NCBI GenBank assembly: GCA_038254115.1
Contig: JBBSGK010000001.1
Span: 67,778 to 131,777, forward strand
Length of the DNA: 64,000 nt
Reading direction: 5' to 3'
Origin: Candidatus Levyibacteriota bacterium
Lineage (GTDB): Bacteria > Patescibacteriota > Microgenomatia > Levybacterales > UBA12049
Shown: positions 29,793-39,551 of the stretch, piece after piece
How the letters are laid out: each line of letters begins with the position of its first letter
Position numbering within the stretch: the stretch's first letter is position 1
The notes under the pieces: model-generated
The model's input: the letters and a program-made list of their open reading frames with translations, nothing else
Databases searched by the model: none
What the model was told of the DNA's origin: nothing
Position numbers and translations under genes: made by a program

Positions 29793-30436
29793 AGTGATTG
29801 TATTATAGCAGGTGTTAGTTCATCAAAAGATGTAATAATTTTATCAGCACTTTTTAGTTCTTTAGGATGATGCGTTGTGGTAATTGCAATGCATTTCATG
29901 CCAGCACTTTTTGCCGATTTTATACCGTTTGAAGAATCTTCAATCACAATACAATTTTTTGGATCAACATTTAGCATTTTTGCAGTAAGTAGAAATAATT
30001 CAGGATTTGGTTTGCCTTCTGAAACCTGATCACCTCCTGAAACAACTCTAAATTTATCACGGATTCCTAGTATCTTTAAAACTAATTCTACAAAATGAGT
30101 TGGTGATCCGGAGGCAACTCCTAGTTTGTAACCCTTTAATCTATTAATCAAATCAATTATACCTGGAATTGATATAATTTGGTCGTGTGGTATTTTTTTC
30201 ATTTTCAGCCATTTTTTTCTTACTGCCTCGCTAGGAGAGTAGTTAACTGAATGTTTTATAAATTCATTTTTAAACTGTACACCGTCTTTTGTTCCTGAGT
30301 ACAATAAAGTTATTTCTTTTTCTGAGATGTCTATACCATAACTTAAAAAGATTGCGCTTTCAATTTTAGCGTGAATCCTTTCAGTATCGGAGATGACCCC
30401 ATCCATGTCAAAAATAACTGCTCTTATTTTCGTCAT
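29789..30436 (-). CDS. HAD-superfamily hydrolase (beta-phosphoglucomutase/phosphatase-like, subfamily IA)
   Basis: AVIFDMDGVISDTE motif I, and the later motifs IEDSSNG and K. Confidence 0.75.
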   Translation of the reverse strand: MTKIRAVIFDMDGVISDTERIHAKIESAIFLSYGIDISEKEITLLYSGTKDGVQFKNEFIKHSVNYSPSEAVRKKWLKMKKIPHDQIISIPGIIDLINRLKGYKLGVASGSPTHFVELVLKILGIRDKFRVVSGGDQVSEGKPNPELFLLTAKMLNVDPKNCIVIEDSSNGIKSAKSAGMKCIAITTTHHPKELKSADKIITSFDELTPAIIQSL

Positions 30437-31404
30437 ATTTTTTTGCTTAAATTCTTCATTATTCTATCTTCAATCGGGTAATCAAAAGCTTTGAAATTTT
30501 TTCCTGTTATTTTTTCGTAGACGCTGATGTAGCGTTGAGAAGTTGCTAAGATTAATTCCTGGGCCATTTCTGGTGGTCTGCCGTTGCCAGAGTAGCCCTT
30601 TTCTGCGTACCAGAGCCTTATAAATTCTTTGTCAAAATTTTCAGGTTCCAAGTTTTTGCTAAACCTTTCATCGTAAGTATTTGCTATCCAAAATCTTGAT
30701 GAATCTGGAGTATGAATTTCATCTATTAGTATAAGTTTGTCGTCATACAAACCAAATTCGTATTTTGTATCGACAAGTATTAGTCCACTTCTTTTGCATA
30801 GCCTTTGTCCATATTCAAACAATTTAAGCGAGACTTCTTCCATTTGCTCATATAGATTTTGGGGGACCAATTTTTTTCCGATAATTTCTTTTTTGGTCAA
30901 CCGCGTATCATGCCCTCCTTTACCGGTCATATCTCCGTGATATGTAGGTGTAATAACGGGTATAGGAAGTTTTTGATTTTTTTTCAAGCCGTTCGGAAAA
31001 TTAATTCCATAAATTTCCCTCTCACCTTTTTTGTATGAATCCCAAATTGATGTGACAGTAACTCCTGTCATGTATCCGCGTACTACAATTTCAATTGGAA
31101 TCAGTTCGCAGTTTTTTGAAATCAAAACATTTGGATCGGGGACTGAGATCATATGATTTGGAACAATATTTTTTGTTTTCTCAAACCAAAACTCAGCAAG
31201 CTGATTGAGTACGGCCCCTTTGAATGGAACGTATCCAAGCATGACATCAAATGCCGACTGTCGGTCAGTTGTGATAGTTATTCTTTTATCATTTTTAATA
31301 TAAAAGTCGCGGACTTTCCCCTGATGTTTTCTGCCGAGGTTTGGGAGATTTATTGTCTTTAATACATTTGGAAGTGATGTTAGAATTGTTTGTTCATTTA
31401 CCAT
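30433..31404 (-). CDS. purC: SAICAR synthetase (long form)
   Basis: GKVRDFY...TTDRQSAFD match PurC motifs. Confidence 0.9.
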   Translation of the reverse strand: MVNEQTILTSLPNVLKTINLPNLGRKHQGKVRDFYIKNDKRITITTDRQSAFDVMLGYVPFKGAVLNQLAEFWFEKTKNIVPNHMISVPDPNVLISKNCELIPIEIVVRGYMTGVTVTSIWDSYKKGEREIYGINFPNGLKKNQKLPIPVITPTYHGDMTGKGGHDTRLTKKEIIGKKLVPQNLYEQMEEVSLKLFEYGQRLCKRSGLILVDTKYEFGLYDDKLILIDEIHTPDSSRFWIANTYDERFSKNLEPENFDKEFIRLWYAEKGYSGNGRPPEMAQELILATSQRYISVYEKITGKNFKAFDYPIEDRIMKNLSKKI

Positions 31405-31891
31405 CTTGTTTCAATTTTTCATTTTTCGCTTTTACTGTCGATTCCATATTCTTCTTGTACTGTTCGATTTTTGATTGTAACTGCGGATTTGATGTCCCCA
31501 AAATTTCAATTGCCAAAAGTCCTGCATTTTTGGCGCCATTTACAGCTACTGTCGCAACGGGTATTCCGGCCGGCATTTGGGCAATGGATACCAAAGAGTC
31601 CAGACCATCCATAGTACTTGTTTTGATAGGTACCCCAATTGTTGGTAAAGAGGTGAATGACGCGGTCATACCGGGTAAATGTGCAGCCCCCCCGGCTCCT
31701 GCTATTATTACCTTAAGGCCTTTGCCGATAGCGGACTTAGCGTATTCAGACATATAATCCGGTGTTCTGTGGGCCGAAACAATTTCCAGCTCAAAAGAAA
31801 CGCCGAACTCCTCCAACACTTTGGCTGCTTCTTGCATAACAGGGAGATCGGAATCCGAACCCATTATTATGCCGACAAGTGGTTTATTCAT
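31394..31891 (-). CDS. purE: N5-CAIR mutase
   Basis: [14 protein letters not shown]...[10 protein letters not shown]. Confidence 0.9.
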   Translation of the reverse strand: MNKPLVGIIMGSDSDLPVMQEAAKVLEEFGVSFELEIVSAHRTPDYMSEYAKSAIGKGLKVIIAGAGGAAHLPGMTASFTSLPTIGVPIKTSTMDGLDSLVSIAQMPAGIPVATVAVNGAKNAGLLAIEILGTSNPQLQSKIEQYKKNMESTVKAKNEKLKQDGK

Positions 31892-33015
31892 ATAGTTATA
31901 TAACTTCCCGCAAGTTTTGCGTTTTTTAAAGCCTCTTCAAGTGTATCCGCAACGGCTGTAATGTGTCCCATTTTACGCTCTGGTTTCGTCTCCAGTTTAC
32001 CATAAATATGTACCTTTACGCCAGGTATTTTTTCAGCAATTTCTACGCCTTTCGGATCTGCATTTCCAGTTCTATTGCCCAAGATATTTATCATAACAGC
32101 AGCAGGAGAGGTTGTCTTGGTTGATCCAAGATTCATTCCTGTTACTGCCCTTATGTGCTGCTCGAACTGGGAAGTTTCATTTGCTTCAATTGTGTGATGT
32201 CCTGAGTTATGAACTCGTGGTGCAATTTCATTAATTAGTACTTCACCATCCTCTGTCAAAAACATTTCAATCCCGAAGACTCCTGCTCCCTTGAGGTGTT
32301 TCATAACTTCAATTCCTAATGCTTTTGCTTTATCTGCAATTTTTTTATCCATAGGTGCAGGGGAGAGAAGATAGTGCAAAATATTATTTTTATGAATTGT
32401 TTCAACCACTGGATAAGTTACAATTTCGCCATTTGTGCTACGTCCTACAATAATAGCCAGTTCTTTAATAAATGGTACAAATTTTTCTACGTACAATTTT
32501 CTTCCTCCAAGTTTGCCTAATGCACTATCAATTTGCGACTCATCTTCTATTAAGGCATTACCCCGCCCATCATATGCATCAAAGCGTGCTTTTAATAAAA
32601 TAGGGTAGCCGAATTTTTCAGCTGATTTTAAAACATCTTTTTTAGTGTTTATATCGAGAAAGTCAGAAACAGGTAGATTATTTGTCTTCAAAAACTGCTT
32701 TTGCAAAAATTTATCACGGATAATCTCAAGAGTTTCAGGAGATGGGTTTATCTTAACGCCTTTTTCTTCGAGTTCTTTTAAAATGTCGGAGTTTGCCAGT
32801 TCAATCTCAAATGTCAGATAATCAGAAATATCTCCAAGCTCCCGGATCGCTTTCTCGTCTTTAAAATCTGCTATTATCTGGCTATCTGCTATTTGACCTG
32901 CAGGACTCTTGGGGGTTGGGTCGATGATATTAACTGTGAAGCCTAATTTTTTTGCAGGAGCGGTCAGCATTCTACCAAGTTGCCCGCCGCCAACAATTCC
33001 AATTCTTTTTTTCAT
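31888..33015 (-). CDS. purK: N5-carboxyaminoimidazole ribonucleotide synthetase (ATP-grasp)
   Basis: [14 protein letters not shown] with an ATP-grasp body. It sits directly upstream of purE. Confidence 0.85.
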   Translation of the reverse strand: MKKRIGIVGGGQLGRMLTAPAKKLGFTVNIIDPTPKSPAGQIADSQIIADFKDEKAIRELGDISDYLTFEIELANSDILKELEEKGVKINPSPETLEIIRDKFLQKQFLKTNNLPVSDFLDINTKKDVLKSAEKFGYPILLKARFDAYDGRGNALIEDESQIDSALGKLGGRKLYVEKFVPFIKELAIIVGRSTNGEIVTYPVVETIHKNNILHYLLSPAPMDKKIADKAKALGIEVMKHLKGAGVFGIEMFLTEDGEVLINEIAPRVHNSGHHTIEANETSQFEQHIRAVTGMNLGSTKTTSPAAVMINILGNRTGNADPKGVEIAEKIPGVKVHIYGKLETKPERKMGHITAVADTLEEALKNAKLAGSYITI

Positions 33016-34409
33016 CTACTGCAAAGATTTTTTATATTTTCAGCTAATTTTTTTGCTCTCTCGGGGGCGTCGCCAGTGTGGGATTTTACATCTAGCAATT
33101 CTTCAATTTCTTTTTTATTGAGATATTTGTTAATTGTTTGATCAGACAATAATAAATCTTTCATTGGGTTTGGATTGCCATTTGATACTTCTTCCCAAGC
33201 TTTCATTGAAATTTCTCGAAGCACCTCGTGCGTCTCCTGGCGGTCTGCGCCTTTTTTAACTGATTCAATTATTATCAGCTCAGTTGCCGAGAAAGGAGCA
33301 TATTGATTAAGGTTTTGCATGATTTTGTTTTCATTAATAACCATTCCGCCAATTAATTTTTTTGCAGTTTCCAAAATATCATCTGTTGCTAGAAAAGCTT
33401 CGGGCATAATAACACGTTTGTTGGCAGAATCGTCAAGAGTTCTTTCAAGAAGTGAAACAGAGGCATTCTCTAGCGCAACCGGAGGGAGCGATCTAACATA
33501 TCTTGCAAGTGAACAAACTTTTTCAGATGTAAAAGGATTTCTTTTAAAAGGCATTGCCGATGATCCGACTTGTTTTTTACCAAACGGCTCAGACCATTCA
33601 CCAAAACCGGGGGATTGCATAATACGCAAATCAAATGCAAACTTTGAGATGCTGGATGCAATTGATGCCAGCGAAGATAGAATAAAGTAATCAAATTTTC
33701 TAGGATTAACCTGGCTTGAGATTAGAACAGCATCAAGGTCCAAGTCTTTCAAGAATTTTTCTTCAAGTTGGGCCGGTGTGGTAGTAGTTCCTTTCAATAA
33801 TGCTGAGTAACTTGCCGCTGTGCCGACTGCGCCTTTTAAACCTTTTCCTTTGATGGTTTGTTTAATAAAACGCAATTGTCCAAGATCCAGCAAAAGGTCT
33901 TGCGCATAAAAAGCAAATCTATATCCGAGAGTTGTCGGTTCTGCCGGCTGCAAATGAGTGTATCCCATGCATGCATGATCTGCATATTTTGAGATTTTTT
34001 CCTCAAGAAGTTTTAATACACTTATTAATTTTTCTTCAATTATATTTAGCGCTTCTTTGTTACGGAGTGTTTCTGCATTGTCAACAATGTCCTGACTTGT
34101 TGCACCCAGATGAATTTTTCCACCGCCAATTTTTGCTTTTTCTGAAAATTCTTTCAGAGCTGAAACTACATCATGATTTGTGTCTTTTTCAATTTCAAGT
34201 ATACGCCCGATGTCAAAATCGTCTACATTTTTTTCCAGATCCTTCAGTTCCTCAGTACTTACCAATCCCGTAGAGTTTTGTGCTTTTGCAAGTGCCACCC
34301 AGAGTTTTCTCCAGGTCCTGTATTTATTTTCCTCACTAAAAATACCTCTCATTTTTTCAGATCCGTATCTCCAGCTAAAAGGCGATTGATATGTTTTAAA
34401 ATTTATCAT
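33012..34409 (-). CDS. purB: Adenylosuccinate lyase
   Basis: Fumarate-lyase signature GATSQDIVDNA. Length 465 aa. Confidence 0.9.
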   Translation of the reverse strand: MINFKTYQSPFSWRYGSEKMRGIFSEENKYRTWRKLWVALAKAQNSTGLVSTEELKDLEKNVDDFDIGRILEIEKDTNHDVVSALKEFSEKAKIGGGKIHLGATSQDIVDNAETLRNKEALNIIEEKLISVLKLLEEKISKYADHACMGYTHLQPAEPTTLGYRFAFYAQDLLLDLGQLRFIKQTIKGKGLKGAVGTAASYSALLKGTTTTPAQLEEKFLKDLDLDAVLISSQVNPRKFDYFILSSLASIASSISKFAFDLRIMQSPGFGEWSEPFGKKQVGSSAMPFKRNPFTSEKVCSLARYVRSLPPVALENASVSLLERTLDDSANKRVIMPEAFLATDDILETAKKLIGGMVINENKIMQNLNQYAPFSATELIIIESVKKGADRQETHEVLREISMKAWEEVSNGNPNPMKDLLLSDQTINKYLNKKEIEELLDVKSHTGDAPERAKKLAENIKNLCSR

Positions 34410-35497
34410 GAAATTATTGAATCTAGCTTATTTGATTCTGCTGCTTCTTTTATTTCCATAGCTACCCGTTTACCGACATTGATTGGCTCTCCAAATAAAT
34501 ATCCGCTGTAGGGAGTTGCTGTAATTCCCGGAGATCCGGGGAATCTTGGCGAGACATCAATTACAACAATATCCTTTTTTGGAGGACCCGGTATTATAAA
34601 AGATTGAAGTGCAAAGGGTCCAATTATACCGGGATTCTTTAGTTTATTGCATGCTGTCACAAATCTTTCTCCTATTTCAAATACCTGCTCAAGCATAGAT
34701 TCAAGAACAGTAACTGCAGTATGGCTTGCTTCCTCATATGAGATGGTTACTTTTTTTAATAATTCCTCCTGGTAATTTAGAGGAAGTTTCGTGATGCCGT
34801 CAAAATTTGTCTGTCGTCTGGTATCTGTTCCTAGTAATTCCAAGCGGTTATGGATAGGAGAATAGAAAAAATTAAAATTTACTTGGACTCCAACAATAAA
34901 TTCTTCAATTACTGCTTTCTTTAGCAAGTCTTCTGTGATTAGACCAAGATATAATTTTTGCTCTGTTTGCTTAATATAGTCTTCATAACTATCAACTATA
35001 AAAAATGCCCTCTCAAACTCTCGCTCCTTTTCAAGAACTTTCACAAGACACACCCTGTCAATTTTTTTGGGATCCTTGAATTGTTTCGGATAGCGTATCC
35101 CTGCTGCGTCTAAGAGATCGTATTGATTTGGTTTGGCCCCTCTTTCTTCAATTCTTAACAATTTTTTGTTGCCAAACATAGGAACTGAGAATTTGTTTTC
35201 AATTGCATCATAGTCATTTATATAAACTTCAAATGACCTGTTGGGAATAAATATTGCGTTTTTACTCTTTAACTTTTCCTGAATAGGTGGTGTTAGAATA
35301 TCAGAAAATTTATCAACCAATAAAATTTCATCAACGCATCCAAGATTGCCTTTGGTTTTATAATAATTTGCATACGTTTTTTCCCTTCCTTTTTGGCATA
35401 CAATTATATTCTTAAATCCGATGTCCTTGGCGCCGCGGGCAACTTCAAGTGCTGAATGGCTGCCTATTGTTGCGATAGTTATGTTTTTATTATTCAT
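34406..35497 (-). CDS. PurP-like ATP-grasp protein; divergent paralog of archaeal FAICAR synthetase
   Basis: IATIGSHSALEVARGAK, SVPMFGNKKLL and NFNFFYSPI are collinear with M. jannaschii PurP TLGSHTSLHILKGAK, LVPMFGNRRIL and IHYFYSPL. Confidence 0.6.
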   Translation of the reverse strand: MNNKNITIATIGSHSALEVARGAKDIGFKNIIVCQKGREKTYANYYKTKGNLGCVDEILLVDKFSDILTPPIQEKLKSKNAIFIPNRSFEVYINDYDAIENKFSVPMFGNKKLLRIEERGAKPNQYDLLDAAGIRYPKQFKDPKKIDRVCLVKVLEKEREFERAFFIVDSYEDYIKQTEQKLYLGLITEDLLKKAVIEEFIVGVQVNFNFFYSPIHNRLELLGTDTRRQTNFDGITKLPLNYQEELLKKVTISYEEASHTAVTVLESMLEQVFEIGERFVTACNKLKNPGIIGPFALQSFIIPGPPKKDIVVIDVSPRFPGSPGITATPYSGYLFGEPINVGKRVAMEIKEAAESNKLDSIIS

Positions 35498-36144
35498 TGG
35501 TGATGATGCTTGATAGGTTCTAATCCGTCGACTTCTTCAATGAAAAAATCAACGCCATCAGTTTTTATCTTGATATATGCGGTATTTGCAATTGAATAAT
35601 CGGCAAGCTCCTTGTATGTTTTATATCCCAAGTGAACTAAGAACGTTCTCATAATTGAGGTGTGACTGATTGTCAAAACGGTCTTGTTAGGGTAGGAAAT
35701 AGCAATTTCCCGGAGCGCAGTTATAAATCGTGACATAACTTCCTCATCAGTTTCGCGTCCAACGGCAAGAGTTTTACTTTTCCATTCATCATAAGGAATG
35801 TTATACATTGTATCTATAATTTCCTTTATTTCTTTTTTTGCTTCAGCTGTAGGGCGTCCTTCCAATACTCCATGAAACCTTTCTTTCAAGTGTTCTTTGG
35901 TAAGAACGGCGAGCTTATGTTCCTCAGCAATAATTTTGGCGGTTTGCTGTGCTCTTACCAAAGGTGATGCAAAAATGACATCAAATTTAATTTTTTTAAG
36001 GTTTTTTGCCGCATCTTTCGCCTGCTCTTGCCCTTTTTCAGTTAATTCTTTATCTAGTCCGTAGGTATCAACAGGATGGTTTCCATGGGATTGTCCATGG
36101 CGTACTAGATAAATTGTGCAATAGTTTTTATCTTTCATAGTCAA
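35494..36144 (-). CDS. Histidine phosphatase (phosphoglycerate-mutase superfamily) protein
   Basis: IYLVRHGQSHGN with the RHG catalytic motif. Confidence 0.8.
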   Translation of the reverse strand: MTMKDKNYCTIYLVRHGQSHGNHPVDTYGLDKELTEKGQEQAKDAAKNLKKIKFDVIFASPLVRAQQTAKIIAEEHKLAVLTKEHLKERFHGVLEGRPTAEAKKEIKEIIDTMYNIPYDEWKSKTLAVGRETDEEVMSRFITALREIAISYPNKTVLTISHTSIMRTFLVHLGYKTYKELADYSIANTAYIKIKTDGVDFFIEEVDGLEPIKHHHQ

Positions 36145-37685
36145 TGTTTAAATGCTCTTATTCCTGTCATTATCATAGCAACTCCTGATTCATTACATGC
36201 ATCAATTGTTTCTTGGTCTCTTATCGATCCGCCCGGCTGAATAATAGCTATTATGCCAGCTTTTATCAGTATATCAGGTCCATCCCGGAAGGGAAAAAAT
36301 CCATCAGTTGCAGCGACTGCACCGGTTAGGGGTTTAACGGCTTTACTTACGCATAATTCACAGCAGCGTTTCCGGTCTTGCTGCCCGACACCCGATGCCA
36401 AAAGTACACCATTTTTTACAGCTACAACACAATTTGATTTACTGACTTGGGATATACTCCATGCAAATAATAAGTCATCCAGTTGTTCTTTAGTTGGTTT
36501 TATTTTTGTAACACATTTCAGATCTTTTTTGGTCAATTCATATGTATCTGTGTCTTGCATAATATAACCGCCCCTGATTTTTTTCTGCTCTTTATAATTT
36601 TTGAGATATGGCTTTGATAACTGGGTATTCTCCAGCAATTGCAATTTAGGTTTTTTGGATAAAGCTTCTAGTGCTTTTTTTGAAAACCCAGGCGCCGCAA
36701 TCACCTCGAAGAATTTTTTATCCAAAAGCATGAGAGTGGCCAAATCTTGCGTAACGGCTCTATTGAAAATTATAACTCCGCCGAATGCTGCCAGAGGATC
36801 GCCATCAAACCATGCTTTTTGAAATGCATCTTCTACGGTTTCAGAAACAGCAGCTCCGCAGGGATTGGTGTGTTTGAGAATTACACAAGCCGGGGATTTT
36901 TGTCCTATTAAAGAAATTGCCTGAAGACCTGCATCCAGATCAAGATAATTATTGTATGATGTTTCTTTCCCCTGCAAAACTTTGTAATTTCCCAGTCCCA
37001 ATCCATCTTTGTTTTTAGCATCTTTGAAAAATTCTGCGCTTTGATGCGGGTTTTCTCCATAGCGTAATTTTTTTCCATTTTGCAGCGTAATAAATTTATC
37101 AGTTCCGTCTATTTCTTTCTGAAAATAATTTGCTATTATTTCATTATACTGCGCAACGTAAGAAAAGGCTTTGGCGGCCAGTGCTTTACGAAAATCTTCA
37201 TTAGTCACGTTAGTTTTTTCAATTTCTTTTGCGACAGATTTATAATCTCTAGGATCGGTAACTACAGTTACACTTTTATAATTTTTGGCAGCGGATCTCA
37301 CCATTGTTGGACCGCCTATATCGATCATTTCAATACCCGGTTGATCAGCGAAAGGATAAAAATTGCAAATAACAAAATCTATAATAGGAGTTTGAAGTTC
37401 TGCTGCTTGTTTTGCATGAGTTTTATTGCCGCGGTCAAACAAAAGGCCTGATGCAATTTGAAAGCTTATTGTTTTTACACGTCCATCAAAACTCTCAGGA
37501 GATTTGGTTATTTCTTCGATCGGAATTATTTTTATACCGTTTTTAATTAAATACTTTGCCGTCCCGCCTGTTGAAATAATATTGATTCCATTTTTGAGGA
37601 GTATTTTTGCCAGATCTAAGATACCTGTTTTGTCATAAACACTAATTAGAGCGTATTTTTGATTTACTGTTTGGTTCTTCTTCAT
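36141..37685 (-). CDS. purH: Bifunctional AICAR transformylase / IMP cyclohydrolase
   Basis: ALISVYDKTGI MGS-like domain, and AICARFT domain motifs. Confidence 0.9.
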   Translation of the reverse strand: MKKNQTVNQKYALISVYDKTGILDLAKILLKNGINIISTGGTAKYLIKNGIKIIPIEEITKSPESFDGRVKTISFQIASGLLFDRGNKTHAKQAAELQTPIIDFVICNFYPFADQPGIEMIDIGGPTMVRSAAKNYKSVTVVTDPRDYKSVAKEIEKTNVTNEDFRKALAAKAFSYVAQYNEIIANYFQKEIDGTDKFITLQNGKKLRYGENPHQSAEFFKDAKNKDGLGLGNYKVLQGKETSYNNYLDLDAGLQAISLIGQKSPACVILKHTNPCGAAVSETVEDAFQKAWFDGDPLAAFGGVIIFNRAVTQDLATLMLLDKKFFEVIAAPGFSKKALEALSKKPKLQLLENTQLSKPYLKNYKEQKKIRGGYIMQDTDTYELTKKDLKCVTKIKPTKEQLDDLLFAWSISQVSKSNCVVAVKNGVLLASGVGQQDRKRCCELCVSKAVKPLTGAVAATDGFFPFRDGPDILIKAGIIAIIQPGGSIRDQETIDACNESGVAMIMTGIRAFKH

Positions 37686-37687
37686 AA

Positions 37688-38704
37688 CTAATCCAGAATA
37701 ATTGAAAGTTTGTCTTTCTTAATAGCATTTTTTATTTCCCTGGCAATTCTCCGGCCTGTACTCATCGGTTCATTGTAATAAAGCCAAGAGTAAGCAGAGC
37801 CGTTGATAAATAAGTTTGTTCCGGCGACGATTCTTGCGGAAATTTCCAAAACAAAAAACCTGCCGTCAGGAGTGATAATTGTCTCAAGACAGAAAGGACC
37901 AAAAATTCCCCTTTTATCAATCACTTTTTTTGATTGCGCTATCGTTTTTTTGGCCATATTATATGCCTCAGAAAGCATACTTTCACGTAGTACCAAATCG
38001 CTGTTCCCGACAACAACGTAGCTTGGCTCAATATCTAGCTCTTCTTGTCCGAGGAGTGGAATTCTTCCTATGCCATCAGCATTGGTTTCATAGCGCCTAT
38101 CCATACTCATGATTTCAAGTTTATTGGATAGAGGGGAGTAAAAATAGTGAATATATAACGGGACACCTATGACATATTCTTGTATTACAAATTGTTTATT
38201 CTCAAAAACGCTTATTTTATTTTCAAAATCACTTCTGTTTTTTGCGTAGAAATATCCTTTGCCGCCTGATGCACCATATGACTTAACAATGATAGGGTAT
38301 TTTACCGGCTCGTGCTCAAAATCAAATTGGTGGGGCACATTGATTCCTGCATTTACAAGCCACTCGCGCTGCTTTTGTCTGTCTTCTTCCCAGTCGAGGA
38401 CATTTTTATTGCCATAATACAAAACGTTCATACTCTTATTCTTCTCAGCGCCGAGATAGGCAACAAATGAGCCGTGAGGAATTAGAATTACATTCTTATC
38501 TATTAATTCTTTCTCAATCGTCGGGAATTCAGAAAAAGAGGGGAGAGTTATAAATTCATCAATAAAGGGAAATGTTTTATAAAACTCTTCTTTTCCTGGA
38601 GTTGTTATTATTAGAGTTCTGAATCCTTCATCTTTTGCACCTTTTAATATCTGAAGCGCCGAGTGGCTTCCAAGTGTCGAGATTATGTATTTTTTATTAT
38701 TCAT
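37688..38704 (-). CDS. purP: 5-formaminoimidazole-4-carboxamide ribonucleotide synthetase, archaeal-type (formate-dependent)
   Basis: ISTLGSHSALQILKGAKDEGF, IPHGSFVAYLG, YIHYFYSPL and FVLEISARIVAGTN are collinear with M. jannaschii PurP. Confidence 0.8.
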   Translation of the reverse strand: MNNKKYIISTLGSHSALQILKGAKDEGFRTLIITTPGKEEFYKTFPFIDEFITLPSFSEFPTIEKELIDKNVILIPHGSFVAYLGAEKNKSMNVLYYGNKNVLDWEEDRQKQREWLVNAGINVPHQFDFEHEPVKYPIIVKSYGASGGKGYFYAKNRSDFENKISVFENKQFVIQEYVIGVPLYIHYFYSPLSNKLEIMSMDRRYETNADGIGRIPLLGQEELDIEPSYVVVGNSDLVLRESMLSEAYNMAKKTIAQSKKVIDKRGIFGPFCLETIITPDGRFFVLEISARIVAGTNLFINGSAYSWLYYNEPMSTGRRIAREIKNAIKKDKLSIILD

Positions 38705-38705
38705 G

Positions 38706-39551
38706 TTATTTAAAGTATTTTACAGCATTTTTGAATATTTGTAACCCTGGTCCATCAACCGGAAGTTTTTGTCCCTCTCTATTATACTTTTCTTTCAGCA
38801 ATTGCCAATTGGGAATTTGATTAAAAAACATTCCCCGTTCAGGATGGGGCATAAGACCCAAGATTTTACCTGTGCTGTCAGTAATGCCTGCAATATCATC
38901 AATTGAGCCATTAGGATTGGCAGGAAGATCCAGATAAATACTCATTTCTCCCAGTGTATACTGTAGTGCAATTTGTCTGTTTTTATGTAATTCCTTGAGA
39001 TCTTTTTTGTCTACGAAAAACTTTCCTTCACCATGTGCGATTGGTAGGGACAGAGTATCAATTCCCAAGAGCCAGGGAGTATCGGATACGACCCTCAGGT
39101 CTACCCAGCGGGTAATAAACCGAGCCGATTGGTTGTAAACCTGTGCAACCTGTCTTTCACCGTAGTTTTGAGAAAGGGCCGGAATAAGGCCAAGATTTGT
39201 AACAATCTGGCAGCCATTACATATTCCAATGATAAGCTTATCTTTCTCAAGAAACTTTTGTATTTGCACCCAAAGATGATTACGTACTTTATTTGCGTAT
39301 GCATTTCCGGCACCTGTGTCATCTCCATATGCAAAACCGCCCGGGAAGGACAATATTTGGTATTTATCCAGTTTTTCCCGCCCATCAACGATATCATTGA
39401 TATGAACAATGTCTGAGCTAGCCCCTGCTAATTCAAAGCCATATGCGGTTTCTTCTTCTGAATTTAGTCCGTATCCTGAAAAAACTAAAACTTTTGGTTT
39501 GTTCATAATATTAATAATCCGCAAATGTTTTTCTATACGCGTTTGTTGCAT
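38706..39551 (-). CDS. purQ: FGAM synthase glutaminase subunit (class I glutamine amidotransferase)
   Basis: VFSGYGLN..., GGFAYGDD, IGICNGCQI with a catalytic Cys, and the MPHPER His. It overlaps the purL 3' end by 41 nt. Confidence 0.8.
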   Translation of the reverse strand: MQQTRIEKHLRIINIMNKPKVLVFSGYGLNSEEETAYGFELAGASSDIVHINDIVDGREKLDKYQILSFPGGFAYGDDTGAGNAYANKVRNHLWVQIQKFLEKDKLIIGICNGCQIVTNLGLIPALSQNYGERQVAQVYNQSARFITRWVDLRVVSDTPWLLGIDTLSLPIAHGEGKFFVDKKDLKELHKNRQIALQYTLGEMSIYLDLPANPNGSIDDIAGITDSTGKILGLMPHPERGMFFNQIPNWQLLKEKYNREGQKLPVDGPGLQIFKNAVKYFK

